From the IMG/VR virus record IMGVR_UViG_2778261462_000004: DNA of 27,940 nt; one strand, given 5' to 3'. Source of the stretch: a virus. Taxonomy: Duplodnaviria; Heunggongvirae; Uroviricota; Caudoviricetes. Made by a program: the position numbers and the translations under genes. Below, piece by piece: positions 17,195 to 26,341 of this stretch; position 1 is the stretch's first letter, and every line of letters starts with the position of its first letter. The notes beneath the pieces are model-generated. The model was given only the letters and a program-made list of their open reading frames with translations. It was not told where the DNA came from and made no database searches.

Positions 17195-17795
17195 CCGACT
17201 GTTACCCGTTGGCTCGTCGCCACTGGAGGTTGCCGCCGCTGCCGCGCTCTCTGAGATTCAGCGCGTGCCGGTACCGCTGCGCACACTGTGGAACTGGCGC
17301 ACCTGCCCGGTAAACCTGCTGCCATATCTGGCGTGGGCGCTGTCGGTCGACAGGTGGGATGAGAAGTGGCCGGAGGCAACAAAGCGCAGCGTCTGCGCCT
17401 CCTCGTTTTTCGTCCATCAGCATAAAGGCACTATCAGCGCATTGCGCCGGGTGGTCGAGCCGCTCGGCTTTCTGATTGAGGTGCGCGAGTGGTGGCAGCT
17501 CGACGAGGAGCCAGGCACATTCCGTCTTGTTGTCGGCGTGCTCGACAGCGGCATCACTGACGAAATGTATCAGGAGCTTGAGCGTCTGATTGAAGACGCC
17601 AAACCGGCAAGCCGCCATCTGACCGGGCTGGCTATCAGCCTGAGTGCAACCGGTGAGTTCTTTGTCGGCGCGGGATGTTACGACGGTGACGCGCTGACCG
17701 TTTACCCCTACACCCCCGAGGAAATTGTCGTCGGCGGTGAATATTACCCGGCCTCGGCCATCCATTTGATTGATAACCTGAGAGTGAACGCATGA
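17187..17795 (+). CDS. I: baseplate protein I (202 aa)
   Basis: Overlaps J stop and H start; position as P2 gpI. Confidence 0.85.
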   Translation: MSDRLLPVGSSPLEVAAAAALSEIQRVPVPLRTLWNWRTCPVNLLPYLAWALSVDRWDEKWPEATKRSVCASSFFVHQHKGTISALRRVVEPLGFLIEVREWWQLDEEPGTFRLVVGVLDSGITDEMYQELERLIEDAKPASRHLTGLAISLSATGEFFVGAGCYDGDALTVYPYTPEEIVVGGEYYPASAIHLIDNLRVNA

Positions 17796-18904
17796 CCGCA
17801 AAATATTTTGCCATTCTGACCAATCAGGGCGCGGCGCGACTGGCGAACGCGGCGGCACTCGGTACCAAACTCAACCTGACGCAGATGGCCGTCGGTGATG
17901 CGAATGGTACGCTGCCGACCCCTGACCCGGCACAGACGAAGCTCATTAACCAGAAGCGCATCGCGCCGCTGAACCTGCTGACCGTTGACCCGGCAAATAC
18001 CAGCCAGATTATCGCGGAACAGATTATTCCAGAGAATGAGGGCGGCTTCTGGATCCGCGAGATTGGTATCTACGATGACGACGGCATTCTGATTGCCGTG
18101 GCGAACTGCCCAGAGACCTACAAGCCGCAACTGCAGGAGGGAAGCGGACGCACGCAGACCATTCGCATGATTCTGATTGTGTCAAGCACGTCGTCTATTA
18201 CCCTGAAAATCGACCCGTCGGTTGTGCTGGCAACCCGAAAATATGCCGATGACAAGGCAATTGAGCTGAAACTGTATGTCGATGACTTGATGTCTAAGCA
18301 CCTTGCGGCGGCTGACCCGCATTCACAATATGCTACAAAGGACAGCCCGACCTTTACCGGCAAGCCAAAAGCACCCACGCCGCCGGTCGTAGCAAATGAT
18401 AAACAAGTTGCTACAGCGGAGTTTGTGCAGGCGGTTATTGCCGCCCTTGTATCCGGGGAACTGGCGAATAAGCAGCCGCTGGATAAGACGCTAACAGACC
18501 TGTCAGGGAAAGATGTCGCCGCTATTCTCGAATACCTTGGTTTGAAAGAAGCGGCTCAAAGGGATGTTGGGACTGACATTAACCAGATTCCGGATATGTC
18601 AGCGTGGGACTCTGGATCTAACTGGCGTAGAACGCCAGATGGGTTTATCGAAGTGTGGGGCGATTCATCTGTCACAAACACGTCAACCGGAATTGCTGTT
18701 GCAACATTTCCGGTTCCATTTCCTAATGAGTGTTTGAGCGTCATGATTAATGAAGTGACCAATGTGGCATCTGGTATTTCAGGTGTTAAATCGTGGGGGT
18801 TAGCGCGTGACACAATATCAAAAACAGGTGTATCAGCGATATTGAATGTCACAGGCAGTCCGGCAGCTGGCGAGTTTTTTGTTTATCGTGCAATCGGGAG
18901 ATAA
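17792..18904 (+). CDS. H: tail fibre protein H (short form, 370 aa)
   Basis: N-terminal ~150 aa resemble the P2 gpH N-terminus (..MAVGD..GGFW.RE.G.YDD.G.LIAVAN..YKP...EGSGR.QT.RM..IVSS..); C-terminal ~110 aa carry a ..PDGFIEVWG..VATFPVPFPNECLSV.. motif typical of phage side-tail-fibre tips. Confidence 0.85.
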   Translation: MTAKYFAILTNQGAARLANAAALGTKLNLTQMAVGDANGTLPTPDPAQTKLINQKRIAPLNLLTVDPANTSQIIAEQIIPENEGGFWIREIGIYDDDGILIAVANCPETYKPQLQEGSGRTQTIRMILIVSSTSSITLKIDPSVVLATRKYADDKAIELKLYVDDLMSKHLAAADPHSQYATKDSPTFTGKPKAPTPPVVANDKQVATAEFVQAVIAALVSGELANKQPLDKTLTDLSGKDVAAILEYLGLKEAAQRDVGTDINQIPDMSAWDSGSNWRRTPDGFIEVWGDSSVTNTSTGIAVATFPVPFPNECLSVMINEVTNVASGISGVKSWGLARDTISKTGVSAILNVTGSPAAGEFFVYRAIGR

Positions 18905-18905
18905 T

Positions 18906-19136
18906 ATGAGCAAATATATTTGGTCAGCAAAAAATAATTCATTTATCCCCGTCACATTAATACAATTATATATTAATGCGGGATGGGATTTGTCAGATGC
19001 TATCCCCATTGATGACGCAGTTTCCGCCGAATTTATGGGAGAGCCGCCAGACGGGAAAAGACGAGATGTCGGCGGCGATGGTCTTCCGTGCTGGGTAAAT
19101 GTCAACCAGCCTGGTCAGGTGGAACAGGCCAGTTAA
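18906..19136 (+). CDS. G: tail fibre assembly chaperone G (76 aa, apparently truncated relative to P2 gpG)
   Basis: GGGAGA RBS; N-terminus MSKYIWSAKNNSFIPV.. is the typical Tfa N-terminal motif; ORF is much shorter than P2 gpG (~175 aa). Confidence 0.6.
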   Translation: MSKYIWSAKNNSFIPVTLIQLYINAGWDLSDAIPIDDAVSAEFMGEPPDGKRRDVGGDGLPCWVNVNQPGQVEQAS

Positions 19137-19183
19137 TATCTGGTGCGCTGGATACGTCCACCGCTTCCAGCGTATCCCTAAAG

Positions 19184-19208
19184 AAAAAGCCGCTCTACGC
19201 GGCTTTTT
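19184..19208. terminator. bidirectional intrinsic terminator between G and the convergent minus-strand ORF
   Basis: AAAAAGCCGC-tctac-GCGGCTTTTT: GC stem flanked by A5 and T5. Confidence 0.6.
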
Positions 19209-19209
19209 C

Positions 19210-19548
19210 TTACATCCCGAGTGCAAAATACGTATAGCTGTCAATATTGGTTGCCACTCCCCCCCCATTCCATCCATAAAGACTAAAGCCAGTTAAGGTA
19301 TAATTAACTGACGTCACATACCGATTGTCAGCTGTGATTTTATGCGGCAAAACGATAAACGGGGTGACGTTGAACGGCTTTTTATACCGTACAGTAGCGT
19401 TGGTCGCCTGAACAGAACCGCTCCCCCATTGCAGCAAAAATCCTCCGGGCAATTCAAAGTAGCCATTAGCCTCCAGCAGCCGATCTCCAAAACCAACCTT
19501 TGAAAGAATGGCGGGCTGATGCCCGTCTTTTTTTGATTTATTTATGTG
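19210..19548 (-). pseudogene. orphan tail-fibre C-terminal domain fragment in inverted orientation (113 codons stop-to-stop, no ATG)
   Basis: Minus-strand frame open from the stop at 19549-19551 to the stop at 19210-19212, translating ..NGYFELPGGFLLQWGSGSV..KKPFNVTPF..; same motif pattern as the H tip (..PDGFIEVWG..TFPVPFPN..); only a TTG start with no adjacent SD. Confidence 0.4.
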
Positions 19549-19634
19549 TCATCGGCTATCCATCGCCGACAAATAGCCCCTCACCAGACCAGCCAGGACA
19601 ATAACACTCGCCCACTAACCACGGAGTTAACCGG

Positions 19635-20822
19635 ATGAGTGATTTTCACCACGGCGTACAGGTGCTTGAGATTAACGACGGCACCCGCGTCATTTCCACT
19701 GTCGCAACCGCAATCGTCGGCATGGTCTGCACGGCCAGCGATGCGGATGCCGAAACATTCCCCCTCAATGAGCCGGTACTGATTACCAATGTGCAGAGCG
19801 CCATTGCGAAAGCCGGTAAAAAAGGCACGCTGGCTGCATCCCTGCAGGCTATCGCCGACCAGTCAAAACCCGTCACCGTTGTCGTGCGCGTCGCCGAAGG
19901 TGTCGACGATGACCCGGATGCAGCTCAGGCGCAGACCATTTCTAACATCATCGGCGGCACGGATGAGAACGGTAAATACACCGGTATCAAGGCGCTGTTG
20001 ACTGCCGAAGCAGTCACCGGCGTTAAGCCGCGTATTCTCGGCGTGCCGGGTCTCGATACGCAGGAAGTCGCAACCGCACTCGCGTCGGTCTGTATCAGCC
20101 TGCGCGCCTTTGGCTATGTCAGCGTATGGGGCTGTAAGACCATTTCCGAAGCGATGGCCTATCGCGAGAATTTCAGTCAGCGCGAGCTGATGGTCATCTG
20201 GCCTGACTTCCTCGCATGGGATACTACCGCGAACGCCACCGCAACGGCTTACGCCACGGCGCGGGCGCTCGGCCTGCGCGCCTACATCGACCAAACTGTC
20301 GGCTGGCATAAAACCCTGTCCAACGTCGGCGTGCAGGGTGTCACCGGCATCAGTGCCTCAGTGTTTTGGGATTTGCAGGCATCCGGCACCGATGCTGACC
20401 TGCTCAACGAGGCCGGGGTCACGACGCTGGTACGCAAAGATGGTTTCCGCTTTTGGGGTAACCGCACCTGCTCTGATGACCCGCTTTTCCTGTTTGAGAA
20501 CTACACCCGCACCGCGCAGGTGCTGGCCGACACGATGGCCGAGGCGCACATGTGGGCGGCCGATAAGCCCATTACCGCATCGCTCATTCGTGACATTGTC
20601 GACGGCATTAATGCCAAATTCCGCGAGCTGAAATCTAACGGCTACATCGTAGACGGTGAATGCTGGTTCGACGAGGAATCGAACGATAAGGAAACCCTCA
20701 AGGCCGGGAAACTGTATATCGACTACGACTATACGCCGGTTCCCCCACTGGAAAGCCTGACCCTGCGCCAGCGTATCACCGATAAATATCTGGTGAATCT
20801 GGCCGAATCGGTCAACAGCTAA
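19635..20822 (+). CDS. FI: tail sheath protein FI (395 aa)
   Basis: GGAG RBS; size as P2 FI (~396 aa). Confidence 0.93.
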   Translation: MSDFHHGVQVLEINDGTRVISTVATAIVGMVCTASDADAETFPLNEPVLITNVQSAIAKAGKKGTLAASLQAIADQSKPVTVVVRVAEGVDDDPDAAQAQTISNIIGGTDENGKYTGIKALLTAEAVTGVKPRILGVPGLDTQEVATALASVCISLRAFGYVSVWGCKTISEAMAYRENFSQRELMVIWPDFLAWDTTANATATAYATARALGLRAYIDQTVGWHKTLSNVGVQGVTGISASVFWDLQASGTDADLLNEAGVTTLVRKDGFRFWGNRTCSDDPLFLFENYTRTAQVLADTMAEAHMWAADKPITASLIRDIVDGINAKFRELKSNGYIVDGECWFDEESNDKETLKAGKLYIDYDYTPVPPLESLTLRQRITDKYLVNLAESVNS

Positions 20823-20837
20823 GGAGCCTGAAATAAC

Positions 20838-21356
20838 ATGGCACTACCCCGCAAACTCAAATATCTGAACATGTTCAATGACGGCCTCAGCTACATGGGC
20901 GTTGTTGAGTCCGTGACGCTGCCGAAGCTGACCCGCAAGCTCGAAAACTATCGCGGCGGCGGCATGAACGGCGCGGCGGCGATTGACCTCGGTCTCGACG
21001 ATGATGCGCTCACCGTCGAGTGGTCTGTCGGTGGCCTGCCTGATGTGGCGCTGTGGGCGCAGTACGCCGCGCCGGGTGCTGATGCTGTGCCGCTGCGTTT
21101 TGCTGGCTCTTACCAGCGCGACGACACCGGCGAAATCATCGCGGTCGAGGTGGTCATGCGTGGCCGTCACAAAGAAATCGACGGCGGCGAGAATAAGCAG
21201 GGTGAAAACACCTCGACCAAGCTGTCGACTGTTTGCACCTATTACCGCCTCACGATTGATGGTAGTGACGTCATCGAAATCGACACCGTCAACATGGTCG
21301 AGAAGGTGAACGGCGTCGACCGTCTGGAACAGCACCGCCGCGCAATCGGGCTGTAA
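20838..21356 (+). CDS. FII: tail tube protein FII (172 aa)
   Basis: AAGGAG RBS; identical length to P2 FII. Confidence 0.93.
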   Translation: MALPRKLKYLNMFNDGLSYMGVVESVTLPKLTRKLENYRGGGMNGAAAIDLGLDDDALTVEWSVGGLPDVALWAQYAAPGADAVPLRFAGSYQRDDTGEIIAVEVVMRGRHKEIDGGENKQGENTSTKLSTVCTYYRLTIDGSDVIEIDTVNMVEKVNGVDRLEQHRRAIGL

Positions 21357-21418
21357 TTCCCTGACCGGTCAGCACTGCTGGCCGGATATTAACCCCATTC
21401 AGAGCAGAGAAAAACATC

Positions 21419-21754
21419 ATGGCAAAAGCACCACGTAAAACCCCTGAATTTGTTGATACGGCTGGCAATGAAATTGACACCGTAAACCCGAACGTCGTGA
21501 CCCTCGACAAGCCGATTAAGCGCGCCGGTCAGACGATTGATAAAGTCACCCTGATTGAGCCGAACGCCGGTACCCTGCGCGGTGTCAGTCTGGCGGCGGT
21601 GGCGCAGTCCGAGGTCGATGCGCTGATTAAAGTGCTGCCCCGCATGACCTATCCCGCGCTCACGGCGCAGGAGCTTACCGCAATGAACCTGCCCGATATG
21701 CTGTCGCTGGCCGCTAAGGTGATTGGTTTTTTGTCACCGGCTTCGGCGGAATAG
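21419..21754 (+). CDS. E: tail assembly chaperone E (zero-frame product, 111 aa)
   Basis: Position between FII and T; contains slippery heptamer T-TTT-TTG at 21727-21733 near its 3' end. Confidence 0.85.
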   Translation: MAKAPRKTPEFVDTAGNEIDTVNPNVVTLDKPIKRAGQTIDKVTLIEPNAGTLRGVSLAAVAQSEVDALIKVLPRMTYPALTAQELTAMNLPDMLSLAAKVIGFLSPASAE

Positions 21755-21906
21755 ATTTCCCGGCCAACCTGTCGACCGATGACCTGATGGCGGATATTGC
21801 GGTGATATTCCACTGGCCGCCATCAGAGCTCTATTCCCTGAGCCTGACCGAGCTCATCACATGGCGCGAAAAGGCGCTGCAGCGTAGCGGAAACCACAAT
21901 GAGTAA
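21419..21906 (+). CDS. E': tail assembly chaperone E+E' made by programmed -1 frameshift at 21727-21733
   Basis: After a -1 slip at TTTTTTG the -1 frame stays open to TAA 21904-21906 and encodes ..LMADIAVIFHWPPSELYSLSLTELITWREKALQRSGNHNE, overlapping the T start. Confidence 0.75.
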
Positions 21907-24340
21907 TAACCTGAGGCTTGAGGTATTGCTGAAAGCGGTCGACCAGGCGACCCGACCGCTTAAATCCATCCAGACCGCGAGTAAATCCCTGTCGGGCGAT
22001 ATTCGCGACACTCAAAAGGGGCTGCGTGACCTGAACGGTCAGGCATCGAAAATCGACGGCTTTCGTAAGGCAAGCGCGCAACTGGCCGTAACCAGCCAGT
22101 CGCTTGAGAAAGCGAAACGAGAAGCCGGTGAGCTGGCTGTGCAGTTTAAAAACACCACCAGTCCGACCCGCGCGCAGGCGCAGGCACTCGAAGCGGCAAA
22201 GCGTGCCGCCTCTGAGCTGCAGACGAAATACAACAGCCTGAGAACGTCAGTACAGCGCCAGCGCTCCGAGCTGATGCAGGCCGGTATCAATACCCGCACC
22301 CTCTCTGCAGATGAGCGTCGGCTCAAAACCTCCATCAGCGAGACAACGGCGCAGCTTAACCGCCAGCGTGAAGCACTGGCGCGCGTAAGTGCGCAGCAGG
22401 CGAAATTAAGCCGGGTGAAAGAGCGATATAAATCAGGTAAGGAGCTTGCCGGTAACATGGCCGCAGCAGGTGCTGCCGGGGTTGGTATCGCGACAGCGGG
22501 AACGATGGCCGGGGTTAAATTACTGATGCCCGGTTATGACTTTGCGCAGAAAAATTCCGAGCTGCAGGCCGTGCTCGGGGTCGATAAGCAGTCGCCAGAA
22601 ATGCAGGCACTTCGCAAACAGGCGCGCCAGCTCGGCGACAATACCGCCGCCTCTGCCGATGATGCAGCCAGTGCGCAGATTATTATCGCAAAAGGTGGTG
22701 GTGATGCTGAAGCTATAGCGGCCATGACGCCTGTGACCCTCAACCTGTCACTTGCGAACAGAAAAACAATGGAAGAAAACGCGCAACTGTTGATGGGGAC
22801 AAAAGCCGCCTTTCAGCTTTCTAATGACGCGGCTGCACATATTGGTGATGTTCTTTCAACCACGATGAACAAAACCACCGCTGATTTTCAGGGACTAAGT
22901 GACTCATTAAGTTACCTTGCCCCTGTTGCGAAAAATGCCGGAGTGAGTCTTGAACAGGCGGCGGCGATTACCGGCACACTTCATGATAATAACATCAGGG
23001 GGTCAATGGCTGGGACGGGCGGCGCGGCTGTTATAACGAGATTACAGGCACCAACAGGCAAAGCATATGATGCCCTCAAAGAGTTGGGGGTTAAAACCTC
23101 GGACAGCAAAGGCAATACGCGCCCATTATTTACCATCCTGAAAGAAATGCAGGCCAGTTTTGAGCGCAACAAGCTCGGCACTGGTCAGAAAGCTGAATAT
23201 GTGAAAACCATATTCGGCGAGGAGGCTATGAAATCCGCAAGTGTGCTGATGGCGGCGGCGGCCAGCGGAAAGCTCGATAAACTCACCGCGACGATAAAAG
23301 CCTCGGACGGTAAAACCGAGGAACTGGTTAAGGTTATGCAGGATAACCTCGGCGGCGACTTCAAGGAGTTCCAGTCAGCGTATGAGGCGGTCGGCACTGA
23401 CCTCTATGACCAGCAAGATAGTTCATTGCGCAAACTTACCCAAACCGCCACGCAGTATGTTTTAAAACTCGACAACTGGATCAAAGATAACAAGGAGTTG
23501 GCAGAAACTATCGGAATCATTGCCGGTGGCGCGCTGGCGCTGATTGGTATCATCGGCGGCATTGGTCTCGTTGCGTGGCCGGTTGTCATGGGGATTAACG
23601 CCATTATCGCCGCTGCTGGCGTGTTGGGGACGGTCTTTACTGTTGCTGGTAGTGCCATTGTGACAGCGCTCGGCGCGATTACCTGGCCGATTGTGGCTGT
23701 CGGTGCGGCGATTGTGGCCGGGGCGCTACTCATCCGCAAATATTGGGAGCCCATCAGCGCATTTTTCTCAGGGGTCATTGAGGGCATCATGAGCGCCTTT
23801 GCACCAGTCGGGGAAATGTTCGCTCCACTGGCACCCATTTTTGACGGACTCGGTGAGAAACTGCGCGGCGTCTGGCAATGGTTTAAAGACCTGATTGCGC
23901 CGGTCAAGGCCACGCAGGAGACGCTTGATAGCTGCAAGAATGTCGGTGTCATATTTGGTCAGGCACTGGCCGATGCGCTGATGTTGCCTCTCAATATTTT
24001 CAATAAGCTGCGTGGTGGTCTCGATGTAATTCTCGAAAAGCTCGGCCTTGTTAAAAAGGAATCGAGCAGTATTGATACGGAAACGGCAAAAACGCCGCCG
24101 GTTGGTCAGGGTGGAGGGTATATTCCGACAACCAGCTCGCTTGGTGGGTATCAGGCTTATCAGCCTGTCACGGCTCCCACCGGTCGTACCTATATTGACC
24201 AGAGCAGCCCGACCTACCAAATCAACCTGCCGGGTGGTGGCGCGCCGGGTGGTCAATTGGGTAACCAGTTGCAGGATGCGTTAGAAAAATATGAACGCGA
24301 CAAGCGAGCCAAAGCCCGCGCTAGCATGATGCACGATTAA
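21899..24340 (+). CDS. T: tail tape measure protein T (813 aa)
   Basis: Long helical/Ala-Gly-rich ORF with a central hydrophobic segment; size as P2 gpT (~815 aa). Confidence 0.9.
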   Translation: MSNNLRLEVLLKAVDQATRPLKSIQTASKSLSGDIRDTQKGLRDLNGQASKIDGFRKASAQLAVTSQSLEKAKREAGELAVQFKNTTSPTRAQAQALEAAKRAASELQTKYNSLRTSVQRQRSELMQAGINTRTLSADERRLKTSISETTAQLNRQREALARVSAQQAKLSRVKERYKSGKELAGNMAAAGAAGVGIATAGTMAGVKLLMPGYDFAQKNSELQAVLGVDKQSPEMQALRKQARQLGDNTAASADDAASAQIIIAKGGGDAEAIAAMTPVTLNLSLANRKTMEENAQLLMGTKAAFQLSNDAAAHIGDVLSTTMNKTTADFQGLSDSLSYLAPVAKNAGVSLEQAAAITGTLHDNNIRGSMAGTGGAAVITRLQAPTGKAYDALKELGVKTSDSKGNTRPLFTILKEMQASFERNKLGTGQKAEYVKTIFGEEAMKSASVLMAAAASGKLDKLTATIKASDGKTEELVKVMQDNLGGDFKEFQSAYEAVGTDLYDQQDSSLRKLTQTATQYVLKLDNWIKDNKELAETIGIIAGGALALIGIIGGIGLVAWPVVMGINAIIAAAGVLGTVFTVAGSAIVTALGAITWPIVAVGAAIVAGALLIRKYWEPISAFFSGVIEGIMSAFAPVGEMFAPLAPIFDGLGEKLRGVWQWFKDLIAPVKATQETLDSCKNVGVIFGQALADALMLPLNIFNKLRGGLDVILEKLGLVKKESSSIDTETAKTPPVGQGGGYIPTTSSLGGYQAYQPVTAPTGRTYIDQSSPTYQINLPGGGAPGGQLGNQLQDALEKYERDKRAKARASMMHD

Positions 24341-24348
24341 GGAGGCTG

Positions 24349-24837
24349 ATGATGATGCTTGCTCTTGGAATGTTTGTGTTTGAACGTCGCACCCTGCCTT
24401 ATCAGTCGATGCAGCACTCGAAGAATTACCGCTGGGCGTCTAATGACCGGGTCGGCAAACCGCCTGCGTATCAGTTTCTCGGCGAGGGTGAAAACGCGAT
24501 CCAGCTTGCCGGCACGCTTTATCCTGCCATTACTGGCGGTCGTATATCCCTGCTGGCTGTCGAGCTGATGGCCGACGAGGGCAGAGCTTGGCCGCTGATT
24601 GAGGGAACCGGCAATATCTTCGGGATGTATATCGTCGAGACGGTGTCGACCACGCATACCGAGTTTTTCAGTGATGGCGCGGCCAGAAAGATTGATTTCA
24701 CCCTTTCGCTAAAACGGGTCGACGAATCCCTGATGGCAATGTTTGGCGACCTGAATAAGCAGGCCAGCGAGCTTCTCGGCTCAGCCGGTAATCTGACTGA
24801 TAAGCTGCAAGGTGCGCTCGGAGGGCTGACCGCATGA
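24349..24837 (+). CDS. U: tail protein U (start ambiguous among ATG 24349/24352/24355)
   Basis: AAGGAGG RBS at 24339-24345; size ~160 aa as P2 gpU. Confidence 0.88.
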   Translation: MMMLALGMFVFERRTLPYQSMQHSKNYRWASNDRVGKPPAYQFLGEGENAIQLAGTLYPAITGGRISLLAVELMADEGRAWPLIEGTGNIFGMYIVETVSTTHTEFFSDGAARKIDFTLSLKRVDESLMAMFGDLNKQASELLGSAGNLTDKLQGALGGLTA

Positions 24838-26003
24838 TTACGGGCATGACGATTGACGCCGGTACCAGCCTTGCACCGGCATTTATGCTGACGCTGAACA
24901 GCCAGGACATTACCAACAATTTTAGTGACCGGCTGATTTCTCTCACCATGACCGACAACCGGGGTTTTGAGGCTGACCAGCTCGACATTGAGCTCGACGA
25001 CACTGACGGCAAAGTCGAGTTACCCCTGCGCGGGGCGGTGCTGACGTTGTGGCTTGGCTGGCAGGGTTCCGCACTTCTCAATAAGGGCGATTTCACGGTC
25101 GATGAGATTGAGCACAGGGGCGCGCCTGATACCATGACCATCCGGGCGCGTAGTGCAGACTTTCGCGGAACGCTCAATTCACGGCGTGAAGAATCATGGC
25201 ACGACACCACCCTCGGTGAGCTGGTCAGCACCATTGCAAAGCGCAATAAACTGACGGCCAGTGTCGCGGATACACTGAAAAAAATCCCGGTACCGCATAT
25301 CGACCAGTCGCAGGAGTCCGACGCCGTATTTCTTACCCGACTGGCGGACCGCAACGGGGCGGCGGTGTCAGTGAAAGCGGGGAAGCTCCTGTTTCTGAAA
25401 GCCGGTAGTGCAATGACGGCCAGCGGCAAGCCCGTCCCGCAAATGACCCTGACCCGCAGCGATGGCGACCGTCATCAGTTTGCCATTGCTGACCGTGGGG
25501 CTTATACCGGCGTAACAGCAAAATGGTTGCATACCAAAGACCCGAAGCCGCAAAAGCAGAAAGTAACGCTGAAACGTAAGCCAAAAGAGAAGCACCTGCG
25601 CGCACTGGAGCACCCGAAAGCAAAGCCGGTCAGCAAAAAGACAAAAGCCAAAAAAGAACCAGAAGCGCGCGAGGGTGAGTACATGGCCGGTGAGGCCGAT
25701 AACGTGCTGGCGCTGACGACGGTCTACGCTTCTAAGGCGCAGGCGATGCGCGCCGCTCAGGCTAAGTGGGATAAGCTGCAGCGAGGGGTTGCGGAGTTTT
25801 CAATTACGCTGGCGCTTGGTAGGGCTGATTTATTCCCTGAGACACCGGTGCGCGTGTCGGGCTTTAAGCGCGTCATAGACGAGCAGTCATGGTTAATCAG
25901 TAAAGTGACCCACAGCCTGAATAATAGTGGCTTCACGACGGGATTAGAGCTTGAGGTTAAGCTCTCTGACGTAGAGTATAAAGCGGAAGATGATGAGGGG
26001 TGA
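24834..26003 (+). CDS. D: tail protein D (389 aa)
   Basis: ATGA overlap with U; size as P2 gpD (~387 aa); last gene of the FI operon. Confidence 0.9.
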   Translation: MITGMTIDAGTSLAPAFMLTLNSQDITNNFSDRLISLTMTDNRGFEADQLDIELDDTDGKVELPLRGAVLTLWLGWQGSALLNKGDFTVDEIEHRGAPDTMTIRARSADFRGTLNSRREESWHDTTLGELVSTIAKRNKLTASVADTLKKIPVPHIDQSQESDAVFLTRLADRNGAAVSVKAGKLLFLKAGSAMTASGKPVPQMTLTRSDGDRHQFAIADRGAYTGVTAKWLHTKDPKPQKQKVTLKRKPKEKHLRALEHPKAKPVSKKTKAKKEPEAREGEYMAGEADNVLALTTVYASKAQAMRAAQAKWDKLQRGVAEFSITLALGRADLFPETPVRVSGFKRVIDEQSWLISKVTHSLNNSGFTTGLELEVKLSDVEYKAEDDEG

Positions 26004-26080
26004 TTTTAATTTATCCGTTTGTTATATAAGGATTTATTGAGTAAAATTAACACATCAGCCAAATCGTTGAGGTGCTTAAT

Positions 26081-26299
26081 ATGTTTCATTGCCCGTTATG
26101 CCAGCATGCAGCCCATGCACGTACAAGCCGTTACATGACCGATACAACAAAGGAGCGTTATCACCAGTGTCAGAACGTGAATTGTAGCGCCACGTTCATT
26201 ACATTTGAGTCGGTGCAGCGTTACATTGTTAAGCCAGGTGAGGTTAATGCCGTCAGGCCTCACCCGTTGCCATCGGGTCAGCAAACTATGTGGATGTAA
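26081..26299 (+). CDS. ogr: late-gene transcriptional activator Ogr (zinc finger, 72 aa from ATG 26081)
   Basis: MFHCPLCQHAAHARTSRY.TDTTKERYHQCQNVNCSATFIT.ESVQRYIVKPGE..AVRPHPLPSGQQ.MWM, near-identical to P2 Ogr as recalled; GAGGTG RBS 7 nt upstream. Confidence 0.93.
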   Translation: MFHCPLCQHAAHARTSRYMTDTTKERYHQCQNVNCSATFITFESVQRYIVKPGEVNAVRPHPLPSGQQTMWM

Positions 26300-26304
26300 C
26301 CACA

Positions 26305-26341
26305 AACAAAAAGCCCCGCGATTGCGGGGCTTGTTTATTTT
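26305..26341. terminator. bidirectional intrinsic terminator between convergent ogr and the moron ORF
   Basis: GCCCCGC-gatt-GCGGGGC stem (26313-26330) flanked by an A-rich run upstream and TTGTTTATTTT downstream. Confidence 0.7.

Noticed and set aside
17202-17858. 218-aa minus-strand ORF antisense to I
   Set aside because: Embedded in gene I; Arg-rich antisense translation.
18556-18852. 98-aa minus-strand ORF inside H
   Set aside because: Antisense to the tail-fibre gene; no support.
19099-19296. 65-aa plus-strand ORF overlapping the end of G and the terminator
   Set aside because: Out of frame with G, crosses the bidirectional terminator, no RBS; likely spurious.
19137-19634. Active DNA-inversion (shufflon/Gin-like) system
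   Set aside because: No invertase gene and no matching inverted crossover repeats are visible in the window; the inverted fibre tip is more consistent with a relic than with a functional switch.
24698-25429. 243-aa minus-strand ORF antisense to U/D
   Set aside because: Fully embedded in the D and U genes; Ser/Arg-rich low-complexity translation; no RBS or promoter context.
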